Below, piece after piece: positions 28,551 to 39,900 of a DNA stretch of 64,000 bases. Within the stretch, counting starts at the first letter, position 1, and the number at the start of each line of letters is the position of its first letter. Under the pieces are notes generated by a model. It was not told the origin of the DNA. It ran no database searches and saw nothing but the letters and a program-made list of their open reading frames with translations. The stretch is from a virus, in the IMG/VR virus record IMGVR_UViG_3300018059_000546. One strand, 5' to 3'. The position numbers were made by a program, and so were the translations under genes.

Positions 28551-29780
28551 CTAAGGTTCAATAATCGAGGGTGGTTTTGCAAAGTCTCCGATCGTCAAGG
28601 GAAACACACAGTCCAGCTGAGAACAGTAGAATCCCTTGGAAACGAGGGCAGAAAGCTTGGAGAATTCTTCATCGGAAATTTCCCCCACGAGAGCATCGTG
28701 AACAAGGAACATGGGTTTGAATTCTATCCCGAGGAATTCGATGTCCATGACCAACTTATCGAACCCAATGTGTGCCACGTCGACCCCTGAAGACTGGATG
28801 TAGTTGTTCAGAAGGGCTGGCTTATTGATCTCGATCGTCTTACCGAAAAAGTTCTTAGTGCTGTCTCCGTACGTTTCTCTCTCAATCCTAGAAAGAAGCT
28901 CCTTGATTTTGAAGTGCTTCTTGACAGTGGAGAGAATGACACGACAATCATCCGCCGGCATTTCGATGTGAGCCGACAAGGTGTCCACGGACATACCGTA
29001 AAGGATGCCGAGGACCGCGACCTTTGTCTTGTCCCGAGAGAGCTTTCCAGAGAAGCACGCTTCAGTGAGTTCTGTATAGAGATCTCCCTTGGAAGCGGGC
29101 AACTTTGCCAACGCGGCGAGTAACCTTGGCTCTAACGAAGAGAAGTCGATCTGGATGATCCTAGATTTCTTCGGTGCGATGAATAAGTTTCTGTGTTCCT
29201 TGGGAAGGGTTAGAACCATCGGTCCTGTGTTCACGGTCAGACGTCCGGTACGGGTCCCAAAGAAATTGTAGATCGGTGGTCTCACGAACCCATCTTCATG
29301 GGGAAGCAACGAATCTAGATGTGCGAGCAAAGAATCGTTCGCAGAATCGAAAGCTTTGCGAAGCAACCTCTCATCGACCTTGAACGGTTTAAATTTCGAG
29401 ACAAGACGACGGAAATTTCGATATCCAGTCTCGTAGTAGACATCGTTCACGTCCATCAGAGAAACGGCAGTGAGGAAGTTTTTGAGCGTCTCTTTGTAGA
29501 CGGTCGACGGCATGCACAAACTCCACGGAATGGACTTCACATGGGACGGAAGAATGCGAGAGTACACCTTTTGATTCACCACTCCTGGATTGTACTCTAC
29601 TGCCAACCCATTCACTCTCAGAAGGGTTTTCAAGCACTTGTCAACTAACCCTTCGCTTCTATCAAAGATCCATTCTGGTGACACCAGATCGTCCGACCAC
29701 GAAATCTTTCCAGAATCGTAGGCTACATGCTTGAGCGCGCCTACCACATCCCTGTGGACTAGAAATTTCTTAGTCTGCAT
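28551..29780 (-). CDS. polA: short family A DNA polymerase-like protein
   Basis: TRTGRL, motif A IDFSSLEPR, motif B RDKTKVAVLGILYG, NNYIQS, motif C LVHDAL; only 409 aa. Confidence 0.8.
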   Translation of the reverse strand: MQTKKFLVHRDVVGALKHVAYDSGKISWSDDLVSPEWIFDRSEGLVDKCLKTLLRVNGLAVEYNPGVVNQKVYSRILPSHVKSIPWSLCMPSTVYKETLKNFLTAVSLMDVNDVYYETGYRNFRRLVSKFKPFKVDERLLRKAFDSANDSLLAHLDSLLPHEDGFVRPPIYNFFGTRTGRLTVNTGPMVLTLPKEHRNLFIAPKKSRIIQIDFSSLEPRLLAALAKLPASKGDLYTELTEACFSGKLSRDKTKVAVLGILYGMSVDTLSAHIEMPADDCRVILSTVKKHFKIKELLSRIERETYGDSTKNFFGKTIEINKPALLNNYIQSSGVDVAHIGFDKLVMDIEFLGIEFKPMFLVHDALVGEISDEEFSKLSALVSKGFYCSQLDCVFPLTIGDFAKPPSIIEP

Positions 29781-29816
29781 ACCCTGTCAAAGTACTACGC
29801 TATTTGCGCAAGAACT

Positions 29817-32582
29817 TCACTTGGGTTTGATTTTTGCAGCATCTTTCTTGAGGATTGCTGAAAGTTGATCGACTTTAGAGATGATAGATTCGAGAACTCC
29901 GTATGAATCCAGCGGGACGAACTTCAAGTGAGACGTGAACGACCCTTGCTTGATCTTGTGCTCGAGGTTAGTAAGGAGATAGATGTTGTCCGCGGTCGTG
30001 CCGGTGGAGAAGTCTATGAAGAATTGCTGGTTGATGTTCAATAAAGGGCATCCGAATGTCTCCATGTCCAACTGACATGGAATGACCCTAAGAGGGATGC
30101 CACCGACGGCAGAGCCGTTGGGTTCTGTATTGTTCTGCCTTCCAGCCGTGCGAAGCATTTGAACCGTGCTGAGGAGCTGGTTCTGTTGGGTCGCGAGGTT
30201 TGCTGAAATTATCGCTGAGTTGTTAGATCCGTACGTCAGGCTTGGTAGGGCAGACGACACCACGCGCTTGATCTCTTCCGCAGAAGTAGCTCGAACTCTG
30301 ACCTCTCCCGTTTTCGTGTCGTCATCGCTACCGGTCAATCCAACATCGTTCGATTTGATGAGGTTGATGACATCTCGAACCTGCTGGTTCGCGTAGAACT
30401 TGTCCGCTCGTTCAACGATTTGCTGCAACCCAGTTTGGGTCGTGAGCATCTGCATGAACTGGTCGTAGGGTGAAGCCTGCTTGTCGAAGACGTGAATACG
30501 CAGGATGTCGTGCAATGCCTTGTCGTGGGTAGTCTCCCCGTTCTTGAGAACTCGTCCTCCACGCGTTTCGACGTACGCTTCGATGGCAGGAAACTTGAAC
30601 GATCCTCCCTGTCCTTTCATGATCTCGGCGAAGTCGTCTTCGATCTTCGCCCCGCTGTAGACTGCCTTTCCTTCGGAGTCCTTCTTGTACTTGTTTCTAA
30701 GTCCGTAGGCAAGAGCTCTGGGATCGTTGATGATGGCAGATTGCAGGAGCAAAACGAACTCGTTGACGGTCATGTCGACATTTCGTTTGCTGTGAATGTG
30801 ATCGTTGAACACTTCATCGAGTTGAGCGATTTCGACCGGGAAAGATCCGATGGCGACGTCGCGGGCTTTACCAGCTTGGGAATTGAACTGGTAGAAGATC
30901 AGTTGGATTTCGTCGAAATTCGGTGATGCCAGCAACGGCTCGACAGCGAATACGAGCATCACCTTAGCAAGCGATACGAACTTCTTCGGACGTCGTGGGT
31001 CTCCCGGCTTGAAGTCAGCTTGCAGGCCGTTCTTCGCTATTTCGTCGGCGTAGGTCGTAGCATCCAAGAAAGGATCGGGACCCTCTCTGAGCTTGTCCAT
31101 CTTGCCCTTGATGAAGCTCTTGATGGTGCTGTTCTGCTTCTCTAAGAATCCCTCTTTCTCATTGAAGATCTTGTCGAGAGCTTCGGCGAGCTGCTTATGA
31201 GCTTCGCTGTTAGGGTTCTTCGAGAGCTGTGCTATTAGGTTGGGGATCTCTCCCTTCTTGAACCCGGTCATGAGCTGTCCATTAGACACCGAATCTAGAA
31301 TCTGGTAGGAACGAATTTCCTTGTTGACGAACTCTGGTTTCTTGAGTCCAGCCTTCTCACGGAGCCGATTGACGTCTTCCATCAATTTTTCGAGCTCGCG
31401 CTGGTTGTCAGCGTATCCATCTCCCTCAGAGATCTTTACGATCCTCATCTCTTGTGCGCCCTTCATGGCGAGAGAGAGAGTGATGTGAACCTGCTGCGCG
31501 TTATCGAACGAGAATGAAACATTCACGATGCCATATTTTTCGTTCTTCACGATCATCTGATTAAGAAGATCGCCGTAGGCGTTGTCTGAATTAATGCCAT
31601 CAGGATGTTTCCACCCATACGAAATGCTAAGAGTCGTGTTCGTGTAAACTTCTGGTCGAACAAAATCGCTGATCTCTGCGAGACGAGATCGATCATGAAG
31701 AATGAGGTTCAGCTTCGCAGTCTTGTAACTGAACATTCCGGTGGATTTCGTAGCATGCACTTCGAAAGATTCGATAGACATGAACGGACGGAAGGCATCG
31801 AGGATCGGGGCGTGCCGACGAGCCGATCCGCCTTCGATGGACGCGGGATTGAAGAGAGTTTGGGTTGCAGTTGCCAGTTCCATCCCTGCTGTGAAGACCG
31901 TTTTCTTCTGACCGCCAGGACCCGATTCGGTGTCTTGCGCGGCGTTGAACATCGCGAGGTCAGCTTTGCCTGCCCTGCTAAGTTCTAAGCCCCCGTTGAG
32001 AAATTTTAGCAATGATGGAGATCGTAAACTCTTGGGACCAACTTCTTCTCGTTTGAATTGGAAGATGATGTCGAGATGGGGCATGCATCTCGACATCTCG
32101 ATAGTCGGAATGGTGTTCATGAACAGACTGACCTTGTTCACGTCCCTCACAGAAATAGAAACCATCGGAGAAGTCGACATGATGACGCCGAACTTCTTCG
32201 ACGTGTCCTTGCTAGAATCTATTTTGAGAATAGATCCCATCGTGAACTGCTTCTTCTCATCATTCAAGTACGCGTCTTTTGCACCAGGCAAAGAGGTCGC
32301 TTCATCATGAAAAATCTTGATCCTATCATGGAAATCTTTTTCGTTTGCGACTTGGCCTTTCTTGAAGAGAGTGCCGAGTTCATGAATTATCTCCTTGAAC
32401 GTCAGAAGTCCAGAGCCTGTTCGATCACCCGTGTGGATGAGAGTCTCGTTTATCTTCTGAAGGATTGCGTCCCCATCGGGAACCTTTCCCTTTGAGAACG
32501 TTTTGAGAGTGTACTTGCCGAGTAGATCTCCAGGCTGAATCGTTCGGTAATATCTCTCTAGTTCGTTGACGTTATCGCCCAT
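29817..32582 (-). CDS. putative baseplate hub / tail structural protein
   Basis: 921 aa in tail module; C-terminal FGCP.L...Q.FFIDF.TGT.ADNIY....LEH.I..G.F.S resembles late-control/hub proteins. Confidence 0.55.
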   Translation of the reverse strand: MGDNVNELERYYRTIQPGDLLGKYTLKTFSKGKVPDGDAILQKINETLIHTGDRTGSGLLTFKEIIHELGTLFKKGQVANEKDFHDRIKIFHDEATSLPGAKDAYLNDEKKQFTMGSILKIDSSKDTSKKFGVIMSTSPMVSISVRDVNKVSLFMNTIPTIEMSRCMPHLDIIFQFKREEVGPKSLRSPSLLKFLNGGLELSRAGKADLAMFNAAQDTESGPGGQKKTVFTAGMELATATQTLFNPASIEGGSARRHAPILDAFRPFMSIESFEVHATKSTGMFSYKTAKLNLILHDRSRLAEISDFVRPEVYTNTTLSISYGWKHPDGINSDNAYGDLLNQMIVKNEKYGIVNVSFSFDNAQQVHITLSLAMKGAQEMRIVKISEGDGYADNQRELEKLMEDVNRLREKAGLKKPEFVNKEIRSYQILDSVSNGQLMTGFKKGEIPNLIAQLSKNPNSEAHKQLAEALDKIFNEKEGFLEKQNSTIKSFIKGKMDKLREGPDPFLDATTYADEIAKNGLQADFKPGDPRRPKKFVSLAKVMLVFAVEPLLASPNFDEIQLIFYQFNSQAGKARDVAIGSFPVEIAQLDEVFNDHIHSKRNVDMTVNEFVLLLQSAIINDPRALAYGLRNKYKKDSEGKAVYSGAKIEDDFAEIMKGQGGSFKFPAIEAYVETRGGRVLKNGETTHDKALHDILRIHVFDKQASPYDQFMQMLTTQTGLQQIVERADKFYANQQVRDVINLIKSNDVGLTGSDDDTKTGEVRVRATSAEEIKRVVSSALPSLTYGSNNSAIISANLATQQNQLLSTVQMLRTAGRQNNTEPNGSAVGGIPLRVIPCQLDMETFGCPLLNINQQFFIDFSTGTTADNIYLLTNLEHKIKQGSFTSHLKFVPLDSYGVLESIISKVDQLSAILKKDAAKIKPK

Positions 32583-32610
32583 TTAGACTTTGTCCTGGTT
32601 ATATACCTGA

Positions 32611-32904
32611 TCACCCACAGATTTTTGCAATCTCAACGAGATCAGGAATTCGAATAACGGTGCCCGGAGGAACCTGTAAACCCCATCCGATATCAGAGGC
32701 CGCGGCGATGATCCACCAGTACCTTCCGTTTTGGTAGTACTTGAAAGCGAGGTGGTCAAGTCTCTCTGCTTCGTGAAGAACGATAGTCTTGAACGGAACT
32801 CGTTCGTTCTTCACCGCGGCGCGAATGAGAGAATGGGTCGTCGAAGTACCGTACTGAAAGTTGTAGCCCAGCACGTCAGTTCTTTGGTAACGAGAGAAAG
32901 CCAC
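32611..32904 (-). CDS. LysM/tail-X type baseplate protein (gp53-like)
   Basis: ERLDHLAFKYY.NGRYWWIIAAAS...PPGTVIRIP. Confidence 0.85.
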   Translation of the reverse strand: MAFSRYQRTDVLGYNFQYGTSTTHSLIRAAVKNERVPFKTIVLHEAERLDHLAFKYYQNGRYWWIIAAASDIGWGLQVPPGTVIRIPDLVEIAKICG

Positions 32905-35900
32905 TTACTTGAGCACCTTTCTCAACTTCTTGCGAAGGTTGTTGAAGTTCGTTCTTCCGGCTCCGACAGAATCCGTACCGTCACCACCGATGCCGTTCAT
33001 GATTTCTCCAACGTTGTAGACAGGAGCTCGGTTGAATCCGTTGACGTCCAAGCCCGGAGCAATGTCGTGAATCGGAGAAAGGGACATTCTTACGACGCAC
33101 ATTTTAGGAGCGCGCGAACCGTACGACTCGGTCTCCCAAGGAATGTTGTCGAGCCAATTAAACCCCAAGCTATCGATCATGCAAGCGAGACCCTTGCCGG
33201 CCGAAGATTCGAACGATCTGACGATGCTGTTCTCGTTAGGATTGAGAAAGTCGTCTATTTTCTTCAAGGTCGCAAAATCGCTCGCCGAACCAGTTCCACT
33301 CAAACGGGATTCAAGAACCTTCGCAAGAGATTCTCTCGGAATAGAAATCTGATCCACTGGAACGATAATGAACTCGTCGTCTCCACCGGTACGATCTGTC
33401 ATCTGAACGACGTACAAACCTTCGTCTTCTTTTTCGGCGACCTTCGCAGGTTCTTGAAGTTCGACAGACACCGACGTTCGGTTCTTCTTCCCTCCCAATT
33501 GGATTCCGAGTCCATTCGTCTTCGCAGTCTTGATGGGATAAACACCGGGTTGAATGACTACTTCTGCATCTCTTAGAGATTCCAGATCGTTCGTGCCAAT
33601 GATACGAGAGAATTCAACCAACTTAGCGATGCCTTCATCTTCGATCTTCACGTTGAAGAACGTGTCTTGTTGTCCGAGACCAAAGAGACGAGCTAGAGCA
33701 AAACGAGAATAGTTCGTTCTAAACAGATCTCCCAACCGAAGCCTGATAAGAGGAGAATTGGTCGGAGTCTGTGAGAACGGTTGCACGAACTTATCGTTAG
33801 TTTCGGGATTCGTTAGAACATTCCCCTTCGACCACTGGGGGTAGACTAACGTAACGAGCTTGTTGATCTTCCACCACATCTGATCGAAGTCCTGCTTGTT
33901 CGTAGCAACGACGTAGAATTCGATGCTGATCTTTCTATCCGTAGATTTGTAGATCTTCACAGGATCGATACGACCGAATGCTTTCACAGTCTCTGTTTCG
34001 ACAGTGTAGTCATCGGACATAGAACGCAGGAAGGCGTGGAACGAAACGATTTCGTTCGTTCGAAGATCGTGAAAGTAGAACGGCATGTACTCTGCGTCGA
34101 GCTTCGCTTCTACCTTCGCAACATTTTCTGCGGAAATTCGCCTGTTGATGTTGCTTCCCAGGTCTTCGTCGAAACCTTCTTCGCTCTTGACAGCAGCGAC
34201 CGAAGCGGGAGTTACACTGTTCGGAAACCTGTTTGAAAAAGCTGTCAACGCTGAAACTGCTGCGCGCGGGAAAAGGAATGCAGACGGAGATGTTGATGTG
34301 GCGAGCGCGGATTGCAGCCGACCTTGCATACGTCCCTTGCCCACTCTGAAGTCATCGTCCAAAGCGTCGACAGTCGAGTACTTGGTGATTCCTAGAAACT
34401 CTTCTTTTTGAAGCGGTTTGTCATCCAACGACAAGGTCGAATCTCCAAGCTTAGCCATGATGTTGATTGCAGCGATGACCTTGGACGACCGAATCACGTT
34501 GACTAGCTCGATGATGTTCTGGGCGATTTGGATCGGGTTTCCCTTCACAGCGTTCTGAACTTGTATCACAATATTCGCTGCAGAACGAACGATGTTTCGG
34601 CAGATGACTCCGTAGAAACCGGGAGTTTCGAGCACTCGATCGAAGGACGACCCCAAGCCTGATCCGAAGACCAGCGCGATTCCTTCGTCGACGCAATCTT
34701 CAAAATCATGCGTCGTGATCGTCAGACCAAGAAGGCTCGCAGGAATGGGCAACGGAGGGAAGCTCGATCCCTTGCCTGCGGAATGCATATAGCTGCCTAA
34801 GATGTAGCGACCCTGACTATCCTTCTTGACATTTCCTTGCTTCGCAGAAGTGATTGCAGCGAGCAACATCGTCAATCCCTTTAGAGCCAGTTTCATTCCG
34901 ATCACGAGAGCAGTCGATGCGGCGATCATTCCCAGCGGGAGCAGACCCGAGAACGGTTCAAGAACGTTGTTCATCTGACCGAACGACGACGCACCGGTGT
35001 TATTGATGAGGTGATCGTTCGCGTCGCCAGGATCTAAATTAACGGCGTCCGTGTTGTCTTCAATCAGAGATTTGAAAGCTTCGCTAGCTCGAAGATCGTC
35101 CACGTCTACCTTGATGAGACCGATCTGGGCTGTTCCAGGAAGGAGCGCCGCCGCAGAGGCTCCAAGTCCGTCGGGTCCGTCCTGCCCGTATCCCGTGGTA
35201 GATGCAAGTTCAGACGTGGCACGAACTGTCAAGAGAGCTCCCAGGTTGGCGAAGTGACCGGCTGTCACATCCTTTCCTCCCGGAGACTCGACGAACGCTC
35301 GATAGTTTCCGAGAGTATCTTCTGGATGAGTGGGATTCACCCGCACGAGAGTGGGATTTTCAGAGCGCTTTGATGTCGCCGTGAATCGATTGTTCGACAG
35401 GATGGGAGACACGTACGTCTCTTGTATCTTATCTACTCCATCTCTAAGAAGAGTATTTCCGTCGTGCTCACCTTGCTCCCGAACCTGCTTTCCCTTTTTA
35501 AGGGTCGGTGAAATCGTTCCGGGATTTTTGAGGGTGCGGCCGCTAGAAACTGTGCTGTTGGAATAATTCTTGAGAAGATCTTGGTCTTCAGTGCTTTCGA
35601 CGAACTGTGCGCCGGTACCGTTCGTCCTTTGGGACGTATTCGTGGCCGAATCGAACGGAACGGGATTTCCAGAATTATCGTTCAGATCTTTAGAGTTGTA
35701 GCCGGCCCCGACAGGATATCGGTTCCTGTGGGTTGGATCGTTAGCTCCATGGGTAATATCGCTAGCGTTCTGGACAACGGCTTCTTTGGTCTCTTGGCTA
35801 AGGTCGTCGACCCCTGGTTCAAGGATTTTAGGCGTACCGATATGAGTCGTCGGGTCGTATTTGACCCCGACGTCGTATTCGATGGGCTTTCCAAAAACGT

Positions 35901-35916
35901 TGTTTACACGTGCCAT
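32905..35916 (-). CDS. putative baseplate/tube-initiator structural protein
   Basis: 1003 aa; PFYFHDLR...FHAFL..SDDY...FGR.DPVKIYKST.RKISI.F, PLIRLRLGD; late-type motif upstream. Confidence 0.6.
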   Translation of the reverse strand: MARVNNVFGKPIEYDVGVKYDPTTHIGTPKILEPGVDDLSQETKEAVVQNASDITHGANDPTHRNRYPVGAGYNSKDLNDNSGNPVPFDSATNTSQRTNGTGAQFVESTEDQDLLKNYSNSTVSSGRTLKNPGTISPTLKKGKQVREQGEHDGNTLLRDGVDKIQETYVSPILSNNRFTATSKRSENPTLVRVNPTHPEDTLGNYRAFVESPGGKDVTAGHFANLGALLTVRATSELASTTGYGQDGPDGLGASAAALLPGTAQIGLIKVDVDDLRASEAFKSLIEDNTDAVNLDPGDANDHLINNTGASSFGQMNNVLEPFSGLLPLGMIAASTALVIGMKLALKGLTMLLAAITSAKQGNVKKDSQGRYILGSYMHSAGKGSSFPPLPIPASLLGLTITTHDFEDCVDEGIALVFGSGLGSSFDRVLETPGFYGVICRNIVRSAANIVIQVQNAVKGNPIQIAQNIIELVNVIRSSKVIAAINIMAKLGDSTLSLDDKPLQKEEFLGITKYSTVDALDDDFRVGKGRMQGRLQSALATSTSPSAFLFPRAAVSALTAFSNRFPNSVTPASVAAVKSEEGFDEDLGSNINRRISAENVAKVEAKLDAEYMPFYFHDLRTNEIVSFHAFLRSMSDDYTVETETVKAFGRIDPVKIYKSTDRKISIEFYVVATNKQDFDQMWWKINKLVTLVYPQWSKGNVLTNPETNDKFVQPFSQTPTNSPLIRLRLGDLFRTNYSRFALARLFGLGQQDTFFNVKIEDEGIAKLVEFSRIIGTNDLESLRDAEVVIQPGVYPIKTAKTNGLGIQLGGKKNRTSVSVELQEPAKVAEKEDEGLYVVQMTDRTGGDDEFIIVPVDQISIPRESLAKVLESRLSGTGSASDFATLKKIDDFLNPNENSIVRSFESSAGKGLACMIDSLGFNWLDNIPWETESYGSRAPKMCVVRMSLSPIHDIAPGLDVNGFNRAPVYNVGEIMNGIGGDGTDSVGAGRTNFNNLRKKLRKVLK

Positions 35917-35932
35917 ACGACGATAAGTACCC

Positions 35933-36739
35933 TCACTTGAACTTCCTCATGTAATCCACAATGAACGACGATCCCCAGGAAAGTTGCTGAATGAGTTCTT
36001 TTCTCCAGATTCCCAAGTTCTGAAGATCTTCATTCGAAGGCGCGGACTTTCCCAACCCTTCAATGTCTATGTAGTCTCGTGTGACGATAACGTGGTCGCC
36101 ACCCTCGACAGGTTCTTCGAACGGATCGGATTCCACGTCGTACTTTTCACTTCGAGAGATCCATTTGTTAGAAGGTTCTTCAGGACCGCTCGCACCAGGC
36201 TTCAAGGGCCTTGCAAGAAATCGAGCCAAACTGACTTTAGCTCCTTGTTCTCGTGTGGCCATCCTGTCCTCCATAACGTAAGTCAACATGACATGGCCAT
36301 TATCATGCTCTACCTTGAAGGGTCCCTTAGAGTGTCCCCTGGGAACACCGTGACGGTAGTACGCGATGGTCTTGTTAGCAACGTCGACGACGGTCGGATT
36401 TTCTCCGTCCCTATGTCGTTGGCCGTTCTTGAAGTAGGAAATGGATTCGTCCCTAAACCAGATCTCTGCAGGTAGCGGTCCGTTATCAGGACGACCATCA
36501 GGGCCATTCCAGACGAGAACTTGAGAATGAACGACGGGTTTTGGAAATCCTAGGACGAGCGTGGCTAGCGGTGCTAGAACAGCATCGACGATGGCTGCTC
36601 CGCTGAATCTGCGATCTATGTCCAGCGTGATCGGATGTCGAACAGTTTCGAGAATCTCCATCAAACGAAGAAACGATTGTCTGTCACCGTTGAGCGCAGA
36701 CCGGGCAAGGTCCGAGATGAGCTCTTTACTCGCTTTCAT
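35933..36739 (-). CDS. hypothetical protein
   Basis: 268 aa; YFKNGQRHRDG..P.V repeat-like motif. Confidence 0.6.
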   Translation of the reverse strand: MKASKELISDLARSALNGDRQSFLRLMEILETVRHPITLDIDRRFSGAAIVDAVLAPLATLVLGFPKPVVHSQVLVWNGPDGRPDNGPLPAEIWFRDESISYFKNGQRHRDGENPTVVDVANKTIAYYRHGVPRGHSKGPFKVEHDNGHVMLTYVMEDRMATREQGAKVSLARFLARPLKPGASGPEEPSNKWISRSEKYDVESDPFEEPVEGGDHVIVTRDYIDIEGLGKSAPSNEDLQNLGIWRKELIQQLSWGSSFIVDYMRKFK

Positions 36740-36974
36740 GTTTCTTCGCCTCTCGTGAAACTAAAAGTGATCTGATCTCCTGCTTTATTTCAGGATCTTC
36801 CGTGGCCCTTTTAACGAGTTCTTCAAGGGGAAGAACAAAATTTTCAACGAAGGACTTCACGATTCCGTTGACTTTTTCCTTCTCTTCTTCGGAGAGTTGT
36901 TTGTTAGCTTCAGAGAGTAGAGGATCATTAGAGATCTGCTCTAGTATGCTTTCAACGGTTTGTTTTTTCATCAA
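36726..36974 (-). CDS. hypothetical protein
   Basis: 82 aa, helical, coupled to tape measure gene. Confidence 0.65.
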   Translation of the reverse strand: MMKKQTVESILEQISNDPLLSEANKQLSEEEKEKVNGIVKSFVENFVLPLEELVKRATEDPEIKQEIRSLLVSREAKKHESE

Positions 36975-39900
36975 CGATTCCTGATCTTATCTCGAAGTTC
37001 ATCATCACCGATTCCGAGAGACGACTTGATGGATTCTTTGATTATACTCTTTGTGCGCAGAACAAGAGCCTCTTCGAGTTCTTCTGCGTTCATGACGATC
37101 TTCAGATCAAGATTGATCTGAATTCCCTTGTTCGTGATGGTGTACTTGTCGTTTCCGCCGAGGCCCGCATTCTTCGCGAACTTGGAGAGGTTCTTAGAGA
37201 CAGAGATTCGAGTTGCATCTCCCGAAGCTAGAATGTTATCCAACTCTCTGACCGATTGAATGATATCTTGCGTCGCTTTGATAGTAGGGGCGAGCCGAGC
37301 TTCGATGTCCGCCCCAGACGTCTTTAAACCCTCTGAAAGCTTTGTCATCGTAGCATTGAGCTCGGTCACACGATTCAAAAGACCAGTATTGATCTTGTCC
37401 ATGTTGATTGCATCGAGCTTAGCTCCGGTATCATTGATAGTTTTTTGGATGTCCATCTTCTGTAGTTCTTGCAGCGCTTTCATGCCTTCGAGGGTCGCGG
37501 TTGCTTTCATCATTTTGTCTGCAGGGACGTCTTCTGGACCCATCGGGGTGACAGCTAGTTTCTTTGGAGCGACATCTTCCCTAATACCGCTATTAGCTTT
37601 TCCTTGCGCAAGTTTCGTAGCATCTGCAGCTTGTTGTTCGACACTCTTCTTATCGCTGCCAGAACCGAACTTCAGCATACCCTTGATTTTCTCAAATGAT
37701 GCCATCAAGGAAGGAGCAAACTTACTGATTATTGCACCTGGGATCGCCATGAGCGCGCTGATGAGAAGATTCCACATACCCTTGGTAATATCTTCTACCA
37801 GTCCTCCAAAAGCTTTCAAAAGCCATATCCCGAGAGTTCCTACAAGCACTAAGAGAGATGGAATGAGTTTTGTCCATACGGCGAAGAACATTGCTTTGAA
37901 CGCACCCCACAACGGACCACCCATGTTAGTAATAGATTGCCATAGCGCAGGTTTTACTTTTGTCCACACACTACCGCTGGCAGTATCACTCAAAGAATCA
38001 TAGAGGAAAACAGACAATCTGTCTATCGCTGGAACGATCCAATTGATGAACGCGGTCGGAAGTTCCATGAAGACCATGCGAATGTTGTTGACAGCCATCT
38101 TGAATGCATCTGCCAAGATGCTTCCGATACTCTTTCCAATGCCATCGATATTGCCGGACAGAATGTTCCTGATGAGGTCACCAATGTGGGTAAGAAAATC
38201 GAACTGAATCGTGAGACGTTCTTTCATCACCGCACCAAGAGATGGTCCAAAAATCTTGTCAACTTGTTTGAACAGATTGTCCGTGAATTTCGCGAAACTC
38301 TTTGCCATTCCGTATGCGGCTTCGTCAGTAACTGTTCCGAATGATAGCAGCTGCACGATGCCTGCAAGAGACGAACCAATCTGTTTTTCGACCTTGCCAC
38401 CGATGGCCGACGTGTCAGCAACGAGCTTGTCCTGGAATTTTTCGACACCCTTGGACATTCCGACACCGGCGACACCGACAGCGACAAGAAAAGCTGCAGC
38501 TGCAACGTAGGGATTACCGAACAGACCTGTCATTAGCTTCCCACCGATGGGGGCTTTCCCTGCGAGGCCGACAGCAGCGTCGCCCCCTAATTTGCCAGCA
38601 CCGAACAACGTGCTAGTGATCGTGCTCGCAAGTCCACCGGCGACACCCCGAATCAACGTTGGAGCCATGAGCATTCCGAACATAGCTATCCCAATGGGAG
38701 CAACGATCTTGAGGAATGCTGGGCTGGTGACCCACTTCTTGACAAGTTGCCACACACCTCCGAATGCATCGGTGATCGCTCCCCACAGTTTTGTCCAAAG
38801 CGCCCTATCTTTTACAAGCTCGACAAGAGGTTCGATGACCTTCATGAAGCCGCTTTTAGCACCGTCAGCACCTGATGCGAACGCAGCTTCGAGCGTCTTA
38901 GGATCCTTAACATACGCTTTGATGAAAGCACCGATTTTGTGAAGACCTTTGGTAAGTTCTTCGATGACAAATTTCAGCCCATTCGCGAACATCTTTGCAA
39001 GATGACTGAAGAATGTTTTGGCTCCCGATGCAATTCCAGTTGCCCCTCCTCCTGTGAAGAATTTTCCGAACGTAGCTTGAAGATTCTCGACGAATCCACG
39101 CACGTCAGCTGTTACGAACAGTGTCTTGAACGCAGCTTCGATTCCGCTGAGGACCTTACCGAAGCCGTCGAACGAATGGGTGATGGACTTGAGCATCGGA
39201 GTCGCACCCGGAAAGAGGTTGATGAATGCTTTTCCGACACGAACACCCATGTACATCGTCTGTTGCAGAGCATTCCGCAACGTCAGAATCATTTCGACAA
39301 ATGCGGGAGAACTCTTGATTCCGATTTGGAACCCATGGAGGAATTGTTCAACGAATCCTCCTTTGAACATCTGTCCCGTCATGACAACGCGCTCGATGGA
39401 CGCTGCAAGTTTTTCCATCGCTTCAGCCTGACGTAACGGAGCGTTTTCAGCTTCTCCAGCTTTCTTCTTGATCTGATCTAGGGAAATTCCCTGGTTCTTC
39501 GTAGAGAAAGCTAACTGGGCTGTCGCTTCATCGAGATGAGTTGTGTTCGCCAAGAGTTTAAGCTCTTGACGTGACATATTTTCCGAGGTCTTGCCCGCAG
39601 CTGCCATCGACTTACGAAGCATGTCGAGTTGGTCAGCAGGATTTTGAGCTGACATCATTTTGAACGCATCGACGGACGTTCCGAACGCCTGGGAGAGCAT
39701 AGCGCTGTTCGTCGCCGCGTCCTCGAAGGTATCGAACGCGTCCATCATCCCAGTCAGGCTCTTGATTTCGATGCCGAGCTTACGTGTGTAGACAGAAGCG
39801 ATCGTCATCTCTTTTTGGGTGATGGATCCGAAATGCTTGACGTCCTTGACCATGGCGGCGACGTCTTTTGCCAAGAGCTTCTGGGACATTCCAAAAGCTT

